From Heteronotia binoei (lineage: Eukaryota), in the NCBI RefSeq assembly GCF_032191835.1, contig NC_083224.1, forward strand, positions 51,460,001 to 51,524,000: a DNA stretch of 64,000 nt, given 5' to 3'. How positions within the stretch are numbered: position 1 is the first letter of the stretch; the number at the start of each line of letters is the position of its first letter. The notes below the pieces were generated by a model that saw only the letters and a list, made by a program, of their open reading frames with translations, was not told where the DNA came from and did no database searches. Of this stretch, positions 6,695 through 18,658 are shown in pieces. The translations under genes were made by a program, and so were the position numbers.

Positions 6695-7339
6695 TAGGGT
6701 TGCTAGGTCCAACTCAGAAAATATCTGGGGACTTTGGGGATAGAACCAGGAGACTTTCCCATTCCCTAAAATAAATAAAAATACAGCAGTGCAGTTCCCC
6801 TGAATACAGTCTTCATTTTCTTGTCCCCAGCAGCTAAACTTCCACTAAGTGAAAGTGAACACACACACTCTCACAAAGCAGGCAAAATAAACCCAGTTAG
6901 CAAGTGCTCACTTTTGTGATCTCACTGAGACAATTTACTCATGTTGCTGAATATAACAATCTGCTGTATTTCAATTTACTCATGTTGCTGAATATAACTA
7001 TCTGCTGTATTTCAGCCAATTTCGTCAGTCTAATAGGAAAATGAAAGAACAGCCTAGGGTGTGGAGTTTTCCTCCGAACAAACAGAGGGGCTGAGAGCAA
7101 CATGGCTCTGTCTGCTCACCGTATCCCACCCCTGCAGCTTTCCTGCTGAGATTTAAAGGCACACACGCATTCAGAAACACAAACAGTTACAAGCCTCTTC
7201 TAAACCAGCCAAGGTTTGAAGGCACATGGTGGCTGTTGGGGGTGAGACTCCCCCCCCCCCACAGGCCAGCTGGCTGGCAGCAGGGAGAAGCCTGAAAAAT
7301 TGGGGGATCTCCTTCCCGGACCTGAGAACTGGTAAGCAG
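6695..7339 (+). mobile_element. hAT-derived non-autonomous element (TAGGGTTGCCA TIR family), degenerate
   Basis: Left TIR tagggttgctaggtccaactc and an eroded right end. Colinear with the inverted copy at 46215-46842. Confidence 0.65.
6931..7012. repeat. 41-bp tandem duplication
   Basis: caatttactcatgttgctgaatataac(a/t)atctgctgtattt x2, with one mismatch. Confidence 0.9.
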
Positions 7340-7464
7340 AAGCGGTGCTGGGGTTTTTTGCCACCCCAGGCTGCTGCCCCACCTGCACCCAGGCAGGGTT
7401 TGGTGAGGAGAGAGACCCCAGCAAGTTATAATGCCATACAGTCCACTCTCCAAGGCAGCCATTT

Positions 7465-7550
7465 TCTCCAGGGGAACTGATTTATGTAGTCTGGAGATCA
7501 GTTGTAATTCTGGGATAACTCCAGGCCTCACCTGGAGATTGGTGACTCTA
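7465..7550 (-). mobile_element. Fragment of a short hAT MITE (same family as 54341-54512 and 58142-58328)
   Basis: ctggagatcagttgtaattc...cctggagattggtgactcta is the reverse complement of that family's left end. Confidence 0.55.
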
Positions 7551-8929
7551 ATTGGGTATGGCTACATAAATGTCCTCCCTCTATAGTCTTTGGAGCCAAA
7601 GCAAGTTCAATGCTTGGGAGTTCTGTAAATAAAACCCTTAGCATTTCTTGCATTCAAATATCAGGTACACACAGTCTGGTTCCAATTGGGATTGTACTGC
7701 TAGGGCATGGGGCGGGGAAGGGGGGTTAAGCATCCCCCAATGGCATTTTCCTGGCTGGAAATGCCCCCATGGAGCCACTATTTCTTGAGTGTAACAAACA
7801 TACTGATACCAATACCTGCATATTTTATCCAATAGGCAAAAGTGATTCCTTAAGGTTGGTTCAGGTTTGGAAAATGGCAAAGGGAGAGGCTTAACTGTGC
7901 ATTTGTGTCACAGTTCTGATTCAAGTCCTCCCCCCAACCCAAAGCTGAAAAGAAAAAAATTCTGGGAGTATGGTCCATGGACTTCTCCAGCTCTTAGATT
8001 ATTTGGCCCTTAGACTGAATCTGCATACAATATTGGAAACACTCTCCTACGTTTTTCCTGTTATTTGTATGAATATGTGAAAACAGAAAGGCAGCAATTG
8101 ATGCACTTGGTAAAATAATGGTCTGTTTTAAATATTCTTTAATTGTGTTTTTGAATCAATGCAAGACGTTTGATTTACAATCTCATTTCAACCATCCTGT
8201 GGTTTGCAAGGGTTTAGAATCCACGTTTCCTACATGAAATTGACTTCTGCATAGGAAACTGCTGTAATATGAAGCACCCTTTTGCATGCCTGCCCAGTCC
8301 ACAAAATTCCAGAGACAGCTTCTGACTGGTTATCAACCTCCTCTGCTGAATGCAGTCAAGAGCTCTTGTATGTTATTTTTGCTTCCACCGAAATAAGCAT
8401 CACTTCTGTTCTTACAAGTTTCTTATAATCCTTTTTTGTGAATCTTACTAAAATATTTGCTTTGGAGTTTCTCCATTATTCTGTCTCTTTTCAATGCCCC
8501 CACAATCTTTTGAGATAGCTGTAGATTATTGCTGTGACCCCCTTCATCTTATTTTGGCAACTGTGAAGTTGTCTCACGCACTGCATATTTGAGTCTCCTA
8601 ATGCTGCTCCGTTTATTTATCCCACTCAATTATTTTATCCAGTTCTTTTAGTCTCTCCTCTTTCCACTTGGATCCTTTCCAGGGCCTGATGACTTTGTAG
8701 AACATGATCTTCCAAGAAAGACTGAAATTAACCTCTCTCTGCAATTTTGTTCCTGATATAATTTGTGCATATCTTGCCCCAGGCTCTGTGGTGAGCCTTT
8801 TCTACTGAAGCTGCCTGGAGGAATATGATGACCATATCCCAGATTCCCCATTTCCAGGCAGGCTGATTTTCTAACCTAAGAACAGTTATGTTTTTGACTC
8901 CTGCTTCAGCTGAGGATGAAAAAGTGGGG

Positions 8930-9017
8930 TTTCTCCCACCAGCCAGCTTGTCCATGGTGGAGAGAAGACCCCAAAACTGGGGGATCCCCTGCTGGGACAT
9001 GGGGGCTGGCAACCCTA
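8930..9017 (+). mobile_element. hAT MITE right-end fragment
   Basis: Ends in ggggctggcaacccta and matches 7255-7335. Confidence 0.55.
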
Positions 9018-9465
9018 CCCAGTACTCGGGGTCAACATCAATGGATACTAGGAGTTCTGTTCAATGGGAGCCTCTGAGCCAGGCAATGGTTTGGCCTCTT
9101 AGTGAAGCAAGAAGCTGGACTAGATCAACCACAGGGATGATCCAGCAGGGCTCTCTTCATAGTCAGCAAACACAAGATTTAGGTTCAGTCCTGTGCACAC
9201 CTACAAATGTAGGATTGTAGCCTTGGGGCTCAATCTTAAACAGGTTTGCTCAAAAGCAAGTCCTGTCAAGTTCAGTGTAATTTCCTTCCAAGTTGACATA
9301 CCCAGGTGCATTACAGTGCAAACTTAAACAGAGTTAAACCCTTCTAAGTGCCATGATCTGAATAGTCCCATGCTAGCCTGATGTCACCATATCTCAGAGG
9401 CTAAGCAAGGTCAGCCCTGGCTAGTATTTGGAAGGAAGACCTCCAACGAATACCAGGTTCATGAC

Positions 9466-9681
9466 CAGTGTTCCCTCTAAGCTGAGTTAGCGTGAGCTAG
9501 CTCACAGATTTTTAGCCTCCACCTCACACATTTTTGTCTTAGCTTTGGAAGGATGACCCAAGAGCACACTAATTTATGCAGTAGCTCACAATTTTAATGC
9601 CAGTAGCTCAGAACTTTAATGCCAGTAACTCACAAGGTAGAATTTTTGCTCACAAGACTCTGCAGCTTAGAGAGAACATTG
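9466..9681. mobile_element. hAT MITE (CAGTGTTCCCTCTAAG TIR), 216 bp
   Basis: TIR cagtgttccctctaag / cttagagagaacattg. 8-bp TSD ttcatgac / gtcatgat. Confidence 0.85.
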
Positions 9682-9775
9682 GTCATGATGTGGAGGCAGA
9701 CAATGGCAAATCACCTCTGAATGTCTCTTTCCTTGAAAACCCTCTGAGATCACCATAAGTCAGATGTGACTTGAT

Positions 9776-10305
9776 TAGGGTTGCCAGTCCCCAGATGGGG
9801 GCAGGGGATCCCCTGGTATGAGGCCCTCCTCCCACTTCAGGGTCATCAGAAAGCAGGGAAGGGGGAGGGAAATGTCTGCTGTGCACTCCATTTTCCCCTA
9901 TGGAGACCAATTTCCATAGGGTATAATGGAGAATTGATCCAAGGGTATCTGGGGCTCTGGGGGGCTGTTTTGTTTTTTAGATAGAGGCACCAAATTTTCA
10001 GCATAGCATCCAGTGCCTCTCCCCAAAATACCCTCAAAGTTTCAAAAGGATTGGACCATCGGTCTGATTCTATGAGCCCCAAAAGAAGGTGCCCCTATCC
10101 TTCATTATTTCCAATGGAGAGAAGTATTTAAAAGTTGTATGGTCCCTTTAAATGTTATGGCCAGAACTCCTGTTGGAGTTCAGTTATGCTTGTCACAACC
10201 TTGATCCTGGTTCCATCCCAAATGTATCCTGACTTCACCCCCAAAGTCTCCTGGTTCCACCCCCAATGTCCCCAGATATTTCTTTAATTGGATTTGGCAA
10301 CCCTA
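9776..10305. mobile_element. hAT MITE (TAGGGTTGCCA TIR), 530 bp
   Basis: TIR tagggttgcca / tggcaacccta. 8-bp TSD gacttgat / aacttgat. Confidence 0.9.
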
Positions 10306-11028
10306 AACTTGATGGCATTTTCCACCACAATGCACACTGAAATTAATGGGCTTAGAAGAATGCAACTGTGTAGGGCTGAACTATAAAACACCCATAGCTT
10401 TTGAAACATTTGAGTATGGTGAATAAAGAACCAACTGCTGACAGTAGGACACAATAACCAGTGGTGTCACAGTTACCAGTGTGGAGGGGCCCTTGATTTT
10501 GATCAGGAATGCAGCATGAGGTGAAGATGGATTGAAGGTTTTTGTAACAGTGAGGCCTGTTTGAGCTGTTGTGAGGGCTCAGAATGTTTGGTTGCTCAGG
10601 AAGCTTAAACAGCCCAACTTCTGTGCAGCCTAACTTCTGTGAGGGAAGTGAAAGTTGTTTTTTTTTGTTGGGATTAGAACCTCATGCAGGGGATGCTTGG
10701 AGCACTAACATTCGAGGAGCTCACAAGCAGGGAATCTGAATGAAGGGTAGAGAGTGGGCAATTCACAAAGAAATAGTAACCTGAAAGGAGGTTTGAGTGA
10801 GAATGAAGTCTGAGGAAAGGGGCAGAGAAGACAGGAGTCTGGATTCAAGAAAAAGGTCCTAATCATCCAGAGGTCTCAAAGAAAAAAAGGTCCTGAAGAG
10901 AAGGAGAGGCTGCATGTGGAGAGAGGAATGGTAGGACAATTGGTCAAGAGACAAGGTAGCTAAATGAAACAAAATTGACAATGTGCTAAAAACTGGAAAC
11001 TATTATAGGTTTTTAAAAATCACAGTAA

Positions 11029-11586
11029 GGCCCTGTTCACACAGCATGTTGAGTCCATATTAAACTGACCCAGTTCTGTTCCGAATGTCTTTGTTCCGGA
11101 TATTATCGATCAGACTGCCATACTGCAATTCACTCCCCGGTGAAACCATCTTCTGCCATCCACACAACAGCACCATGCAGTTCTTTTTTTCTCCACTTTT
11201 ATGTGCATTATGCACATGCACACATTATGCACACATGTGCATGTGCACAGGTTAAAACAATATGTGGTTATACAGCTATGCGCATTTCGCTAAGTACTAA
11301 AAAAAAATGGCGACCGTAAACCGGATGTCTGAGGCTCTTTTTGCTCTGGGATAGCCTTCAGGCATCCGGAAGTTTGTCAAGAACTATCCAGACAGGGAAA
11401 CCATGAGGTGAAATCGGAGAACTCAAAAAACACCGCAAAGGAGCAGGTAACAAAATACTCCGGTTCTGAGAAGGATTGCGGGGGGGCTACTACGAGTTAA
11501 TACCGGGAGGCAGATGTTGCTGTCTAATCAGCCACTTTTAACATGAAACAGCAGCGACAACTGATTATACTGTGCATCTGAACAGC
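11029..11586. mobile_element. Possible Harbinger-like MITE
   Basis: Imperfect ends cctgttcacacag / ctgtgcatctgaacag and several internal palindromes (ccggatg...catccgg). No clear TSD. Confidence 0.35.
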
Positions 11587-11599
11587 AGGTGAATTGGCT

Positions 11600-11746
11600 G
11601 TCTAGGGAGGTGGTGAGCTCCTCCCTCACTGGCAGTCTTCAAACAGTGGTTGGATGAACGCTTGTCAGGCTGCTTTGGTTGATCCTGCATTGAGCAGGAG
11701 GCTGGACTACATGGCTTGTATGGCACCTTCCAGCTCTATGATTCTA
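11600..11746 (+). mobile_element. CR1 LINE 3' end
   Basis: ctagggaggtggtgagctc...gatcctgcattgagcagg...ttccagctctatgattcta, a CR1 3' UTR with its repeat tail. Confidence 0.8.
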
Positions 11747-12219
11747 GATGGTAGATATAAAGAGACAAGAAAAATATAAGACTTGGTAAAACTATAGCCT
11801 AGAGGCAAGTAGGGTTGTGCACCACTTTTTGGTTCTTTGAAAAGAAAGGAGAATTCATTGGGAGAAAATAAAAGTCTTAAGAAAACTCCACCTCCTATCT
11901 TCCAGAGGTGTCAAAGATGTGACCAGTGGGACTAATCTGGCCTCCAGAGGGCTCTGATCAGGCCCACCAGCAACTGGCCCTTATCTGCTTCCTTCTCCCT
12001 CACCTGTTTCCTTCAGTCACCATTTTGTATTTCTTCCCAGCAGTAAGCCAGACAGTAAAGCAGCCTCTCCTGGCTCTTTCCCTCTTCCCCTCCCTTTCCC
12101 CAAACATTTTATTTGGGGAAGATATGAGCTTCTTGCCTTGCTACAGAGAGTTTTGTTGGGTTTGTTATGGGTGCAACAGGCTTCACCTATTTGCACTGCA
12201 ATCATGCTCTCCAGTCTTT

Positions 12220-12746
12220 TGTCACGTTCTCAGGGTGCAGGCAGGCAGGAGTTCAAACCCAGTCCAAGGTCAAAGTCCAGGAAGTTAAGCAGGAGCCAAG
12301 TCACCAATGCAGAATCACAAACCGGAATCAAAAGTCAATATCCAAAAGGTCAGAGTGCCAAGGAAATCAAGCAGGTCAGGATCAGGAAGGAGCGTGGATG
12401 CAAGCCAGAGAATAGATTTGTTGCTTCCACAAGGTTACCAGGTCCTAGGTGGGAGCTATAGGGGAGTCTCAATCAGCCTGCTCCCTGGGTGGGAGTGACT
12501 CTGCTAGAACTCAGGGCTGAGAGATCTGAAGCATCATGTCTTCGCTCTGAAAGTTCTTTCCGGAGCTTGCTTCAAACTCTTGAGATGGGAGGAGGAGAGC
12601 TTGGAGGAGATTGATCGTCAGCAACTGACACTGGTGACTGGAGAGTGATTGATGGCCCAGTTGCTGTTTGTTCAGCTGAGGAACTGGCTGGCAACTCTTC
12701 CAGTTCTGTTAACCCTTCCAGCTCCTCCTCATCAGGGCTCATAACA
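12220..12746 (-). mobile_element. 3' LTR of a Ty3/Gypsy element (527 bp)
   Basis: Sense TGTTATGAG...GTGACA (TG..CA), directly after the polypurine tract at about 12750-12775. Confidence 0.8.
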
Positions 12747-14650
12747 CTATCCCCCCCGCAGGACCGCCCCCCCCCAGACAAGCCAGGCCGGTCAGGGTAG
12801 ACCATGAGGAACTGCTGCACAAGGTCAGGGGCGTGTAGGTTGTCCGTGGGTTTCCATGAACGGTTCTCGGGGCCATAGCCTTCCCAGTCCACGAGGTACT
12901 GGAGGTCCCCGTGGTGGATTTGGGAGTCCAGGGGCTGGTGGACCTTGACCAGGACAGGAGGCGGCGGCACTGGAGGTGGCAGTTGGATGGGATCCGGTGG
13001 TGTAGCAGGAACAAGGAGGGACTGGTGGAAGACTGGGTGGATGCGGAGGGTAGCCAGCAGATGTAGCCAGAAAGCAACGGGGTTGATTTGGTCTGTGTTC
13101 AGGTAAGGCCCCGCGAAGCGAGGGTCCAGCTTGCGAGACTGGCCAGGCCAACGCAGGTAATGGGTGGAGAGCCAGATGTAGTCCCTGGGCTTCAGTGGGG
13201 GCCCCACCTGTTGCTTTTGGACAGTGGCTATCTTGTAGGTCTCTTTAGCCTGTTGGAGTTGCTCTCGGAGCAAGTCCTGGAGAGCCCGAATTTCCTGCAG
13301 GTGCGCATCAGCAGCAGGGACTGCTGTGGGGGGCAGGACTGCGGGGAAGAAGTGAGGGTGGTACCCATAGGTGGCAGCAAATGGGATCTGTTGCTGGATG
13401 CATGTACGGCGTTGTTGTAGGCAAACTTGGCCAGGGGTAGCAAGGCGGCCCAGTCATCCTGCTGGTAGCTGGTGTAACAATGCAGGTATTGTGCTAGCGT
13501 GGCGTTGGCGTTGGTGCGTTCGGTCTGCCCATCTGTTTGGGGATGGTACACTGAGGACAAATGCACCTTGGTGCCAAAGCTGGAGTGCAGGGCTTGCCAG
13601 AATCAGGAGGTGAACTGGGGACCTTGGTCTGAGATCAAGTGTGCCGGGAGCCCATACAGGCAAAAGGTATGCTGGAGATAGAGCTGGGCTGTTTCAGGAA
13701 ATGGGAAACGGGGGTGGCTTGGAACATGGAACAAGTGAGCCATCTTGGTGAAGAGATCCACCATCACCAAGATGCAAGTGTGCCTCTTGGACCTGGGGAG
13801 CTCGGTGATAAAGTTCAGGGAGATGATGTCTTAGGGTCCTGCAGGCGTGGGATGGGGATGCAAAAACCCTGGGGGCTTGGCCAGTACATCCTTGGCCCAC
13901 CGGCAGACCTCACAGGAACCAACATAACGGGCCACATTGGCACGGACACAAGGCCACCAGAACTCCTGCATGAGCAGGGTGGCTGAAGTGCCCCGCTGGA
14001 GGGGAGTCATTGTCAAGCATGCGGGTTCAATGACGAGTCGAAGTTGATACAAAGACTACGTTTATTGATAGACCGATACTTTGGTGTAACAGGTTCTTGA
14101 GAGTAATGCTGCCAATACATTGATACAATACTTTTAAGGCTTACTTCAAAAGGATTCCAAGGGATGGGGGTGAGGGGTAGCACTCACACATAAACTATCA
14201 TAAATGTCTACGTTCCCATAGTGTTATCAGGACTTCGTCCTTGCTTTCCCCAGATGTCTCGTACTCCCTTACAGGAATGTATGGGAAGGTGCTGATTACT
14301 TGGTTTCAGTTGTCACTACTTCTAATTTTAAGCCATAAAGCAAGATGGGAGGAAGGGAAAGAATAACAAGCTAACAAAGTCGGATCCTCCATGATACTTC
14401 ACAGACCAGGTTTAGGCAGGACCCTATAACAATCAATTATCAATGGAATTTCACCATGCTTGACAGTCATGGGTCAGATGGAGCACGTCAGCCTGGAGGG
14501 GTCCTGGAGGCATGTGTAGGCACCCATGGTGCAGGAGGAGACCTTGGCAGGTAGAGAGGTCCCCCGCCGGGCCATCTTGCACTTCCAGGAGGCATTGCTG
14601 AGCCCAGGGGTCTTGGGTCTGACTGACCTGGATGTCTGTTGTCTTTCCCT
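12747..14650 (-). pseudogene. Ty3/Gypsy (chromoviral) integrase remnant: HHCC zinc finger, core, GPY/F module and chromodomain
   Basis: LHLTHD...WWPCVRANVARYVGSCEVC; [16 protein letters not shown]; FAGPY...IHPVFHQSLL; QYLVDWEGYGPENRSW. Frameshifted and 5'-truncated. Confidence 0.9.
14011..14465 (-). mobile_element. Solo LTR (455 bp) inserted in the Gypsy integrase zinc finger
   Basis: Perfect 11-bp terminal inverted repeat tgtcaagcatg / catgcttgaca. 5-bp TSD gtcat. Minus-strand AATAAA near 14062. Confidence 0.9.
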
Positions 14651-14664
14651 GCAGACAAGTCTTC

Positions 14665-14716
14665 TGTCTCCACCCCAAAGTTCTCAGATATTTTCTGAGT
14701 TAGACATGGCAACCTT
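14665..14716 (-). mobile_element. hAT MITE end fragment truncating the Gypsy remnant
   Basis: ccaccccaaagttctcagatattttctgagttagacatggcaacctta matches 46795-46842. Confidence 0.55.
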
Positions 14717-15678
14717 AGGAAAGTGGTTTTTTAAGATTGCACTGTTATTGCCTTAAAGGTAAGAGATAGAATTGTGTTGTGCTCAGAACAGAGTTGTGCC
14801 AGAAACAGATTGTGCATCTGTGTTACTTGCCAAGGTTACTACATAGATAAAATAGTCCCTCTTATAGATCTAGAATTATGTTTTTAAGTATGAATGGCTT
14901 CTTTCAAAGATTGTGGTGAAGGTTGCTAAGCTACAGGTTGGCTATAGAAAATACTGAATCAAATTTAACTGGACAGCAAAAGCAAAATTATAAAGATGTC
15001 ACAGACCTGCTTTCATGAAGAACATAGAACACAGCTTTTTATGTAGGGTATTACAACTTCTGACTAAAATATCATTCCCTACCATAGAAGTAGCTAGTTT
15101 TCGCTAGACCCCTAAATGGCTGTTTCTTCCCCAATAATGGCTCTTTGGGGCTATATCATTAAAGAGAATGAACTCTCAGTTCAAGATCTGTTACTCCTAC
15201 TCTCTGCACGTGTTGTCTTTCCCTTGTCATAAGTGCTCTTTCTTTTTCAATAGCTTTCCTCTTCAGTAATGTTACTTAAGCATTTAGGCACATTGAGTTA
15301 TAGTTCAGCTTGCTGAATTTTAGCAGTGTAGAGCTTTTAACCACACAAAAAGTTATTGTACTGGTAAAACACAGAGACAAAAAGCATCAACAAATACAAG
15401 CAATTTAGGAAAGAAAACAGCAGAAGAGTCTAATTCTAATTTATCTGCAGTGGCTCTGCATTGATTGTAGTTTGCTGAGCCAGCCCTAAAGGATTTTAAA
15501 AGTTACTTAGTTAAGAATCAGCATCCATATAGACACAATTGGATTGGAGCAATGATGGACACAATTTTCTCCAGACAGGTGAAGTTTCCTTCAAAAAAGA
15601 GCAAACAAACTCTGCTTTTTTAAAAAGGGCACTATTAGAAATGGAATTTTCCTTTGGAGCTCTTTGTTAATCAGTGCC

Positions 15679-15679
<1 letters not shown>

Positions 15680-15710
<31 letters not shown>

Positions 15711-15738
15711 ACGCACATGCGTGTGTGCACGTGCGCGC
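15680..15738. repeat. (TG)15 microsatellite extended by an alternating purine-pyrimidine run
   Basis: Read directly from the sequence. Confidence 0.95.
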
Positions 15739-17468
15739 CTGCCTGTCTTGAAGATTTAGGAACCACTCAGTGGGAAAGATATCTTTGAAAGTGGCCCTTA
15801 CAAGTGATTTATTAATTATGGCAGATGGACACAAAGATGTTCCTCAGCTGTCAGCATTTAATTGGGCATTTATTTGTATGAAATTCTACATTGCTACAGA
15901 AGAAACTGAGAGCAAAGGCAACATGAATGGGAAAAACTCCTTCCCCACAATACATTTGCAGTTCTCTGACATGTGATAATACTGTGCATGCTCTCATGTT
16001 AATCCTAGTAGATAGCATAGAAACAAAAATATATCCCAAAAGGCATGCATTGTGGCATGCATTCAGTAGCAAGTACTTCAACTGTGTTGAGAGGTGACTT
16101 GTAATATTCCTTTGTCAGGGAAAAAGCAAAGAGTATTGGTAGGTATGGAACAATCGTGTAACATGTGTGACAGGATTTTGCGATGGTTTAGTGTACAGAA
16201 TCATTGTAAGCATGCTTAATTGGACTCAGAATGAACTCTTGTTGATTTTCAAAAGACTTACTCCCTCATATCTATTCTCAAGATTGTTACTGAAGGCAAG
16301 TCATCGCCTTCAGATTTGCCACTTCAGACTATCTGATATGCCTCCCAACTATGAGTGAAGATTCACCATCAAAATTTCAGAAGGGCTTCCAAAGAATAAG
16401 CTCATAGGTTTTGATATCCTACTTGGGCATCCTGTCTGAGTATCATTGTGCTTACTTATTTTATATTTAGGGCTAATGTAAACACTAGACCTGCAGGGGA
16501 TTCCATCTTCATCCTTCTCATTGCTCACTCATCACTCTTACACTGTAACACAGCAGATTTAAGCAGAGCTCTGTTGTGGCTGCTTGCTGGGCAGCCTCTG
16601 TGTGAGAGTCATAGCTGGCATTATCAGTAGATGCTTCTTGTTTGTTGGCAGACTTCCCAGTCAATATCTAGGTAATTAAAATGCTCTTGTGATTAAAGCT
16701 CTAGCTTTCTCACATCTCTCTAATTTCCAGTCTATGGTGTCTAAATGCCCCGCAGGTATGTCATTCTAGGCAAAAGCCACCTGAGTCCTGAAATTGTCCT
16801 TATCTTCACTTTCCAGTGGACTTACTGCATTCAACCGTGATTCTTAGCTACCTTGCTGACCTGCCCTTGTTTTTGCTGGAAAGGATATATCCTGCTCTTT
16901 GGTGTTTTGAGTTGCTTCTTCAGCATCCTTGTTTAGATCCTGGAACAGGTCTCTGATTTAGACACAGATCTCATTCTAGTATAAACAGAAGATTAGATTT
17001 CCCCAAACAAAGTTACTCCAGATAGATAGTGTATCTTAGAGATGAGGTGTGGGACAATATGGCTGAAATTGTTTTTGGTGGGATGGCAGAGTGAACCAAA
17101 AGCAATTTTGGCTGGCCTGGATGTATGTGGGTAAGCAGCTAAGGTGTATGAAGACAGCAAATGCTGATAGATCTTGCCCATGCAGGCAGAACTCATTATA
17201 GGACATGTCTGATCAGCTTCTATTTCTGATGCATCAGGAAGAGATATTTGTGTGGAGCCCTACATGAAAACCGCCATATTGACAGTCTCCATTTATTCCA
17301 ATAAAGCTACAGTTAGAATGCCAGAGTTAATAGGGCATCCTGATAATCTTATCAGGTCTCTGAAAGATCTTTTGTCACATTTCCTCTAATTCCTCTCACA
17401 AATGTCCAACTTATTCCCCTTCACAAACTTGAGCCAGTAGACAATTACTTGTTGAGCTTATCCATGGG

Positions 17469-17760
17469 AGGAGGAGGAGGAAGAAGAAAAGAAGATGACA
17501 TTGGATTTATATTCCACCCCCCACTCTGAATCAGAGTTTCAGAGCGACTCACAATCTTCTTTATCTTCCTCCCCCACAACAAACACCCTGTGAGGTGGGT
17601 GGGGCTGAGAGAGCTCTCCCAGAAGCTGCCTTTTCAAGGACAGCTCCTATGCGAGCTATGGCTGACCCAAGGCCATTCCAGCAGCTGCAAGTGGAGGAGT
17701 GAGGAATCAAACTCGGTTCTCCCAGATAAGAGTTCGCACACGTAACCACTACACCAAACT
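17469..17760 (-). mobile_element. Squam3-type tRNA-derived SINE
   Basis: Reverse-strand A box tggtgtagtgg and B box gtttgattcc, with an L2-like tail. Paralog of 22653-22937. Confidence 0.85.
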
Positions 17761-17832
17761 AGATCTCTTCAGCATCCTTGGTCTAGATTATGTAGAAACT
17801 AGCAGTAAAGCCCACTGTAGCGAGAAATACTA

Positions 17833-17927
17833 CCCAAGGTCATTCCAGCAGGTACAGGTGAAAAAGTAGGGAATCAAATCCAATTCTCCCAGATTAGAGT
17901 CCAGGCAGTTAACCACTACATCAAACT
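17833..17927 (-). mobile_element. Squam3-type SINE head fragment
   Basis: Degenerate A and B boxes on the reverse strand. Confidence 0.65.
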
Positions 17928-18381
17928 TGCTCTCTAAACATTAAAGGCCATTCTAAGGATGTAGCATACTTGTTATATTCATTTATATTAATTATAAATA
18001 AATATATAGTGTTATTTTTAATTATATTAATTTATTAAAACATTTATTAACCCCCCTTTTTCTCATAATTCAGAGTGGCTTACAATAATAATAAAAATAT
18101 TTCCTTTTCCATTTCTTTTATTTGAAAAAGCATGTGGGATGGGGGGTGGGACAAGGATTGGGCTTTTGTGACTTTTTAAAAAATGGTCAAGTTTTCCCCT
18201 AACATGATGATGGCCACGGGTCAAACCCATGGCTGCTGTGACATCTAGTTTGGCCTTGAGTCACCACACTTGTTCAAGTGTGCTCATCTGTAAGTTGCAA
18301 AACTACTTTTGATTTATTGACATTCATTACAGAGATCTCATGATCAATACTTTGAGCCAAAGCCCCAGAGGAAAACATCTA

Positions 18382-18658
18382 GGCCGTTTTCCCACTGAGC
18401 TTACCTCGGAGCGACGTCCCTCTTCACCGCGCAGTGTCTGCGCGGATTTCCCACCAAATGCTCCGCGGCTGCTCCAAGGAACCAGGAAGTTCCTGACCTT
18501 TTGCGTCGCAAATGGAAACCGCTAAAAACCAGTTTATGTTAGCGATGCAAAAGCCACGACTCTACTTGGTTCCTCGGAGCAGCTGGTGGGAAATCCGTGC
18601 AGACGCTGCGTGGTGAAGAGGGACGTCGCTCCGAGGTAAGCTCAGTGGGAAAACGGCC
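18382..18658. mobile_element. Palindromic MITE, PIF/Harbinger-like (277 bp)
   Basis: About 47-bp perfect TIR ggccgttttcccactgagcttacctcggagcgacgtccctcttcacc. 3-bp TSD cta. Confidence 0.85.

Larger units (their letters stand above)
9362..10327 (+). mobile_element. 5S rRNA-derived SINE with an RTE/BovB-like tail, interrupted by two hAT MITEs
   Basis: 5S-like gcctgat...gctaagcaaggtcagccctggctagtatttggaaggaagacc...aatacc, followed by the tail aatggcaaatcacctctg...ataagtcagatgtgacttgat. Uninterrupted paralog at 21986-22165. Confidence 0.75.

Noticed and set aside
9362-9460. Functional 5S rRNA gene, and tRNA genes at the SINE heads
   Set aside because: These are diverged and fused to SINE bodies and tails, so they are retroposed derivatives.
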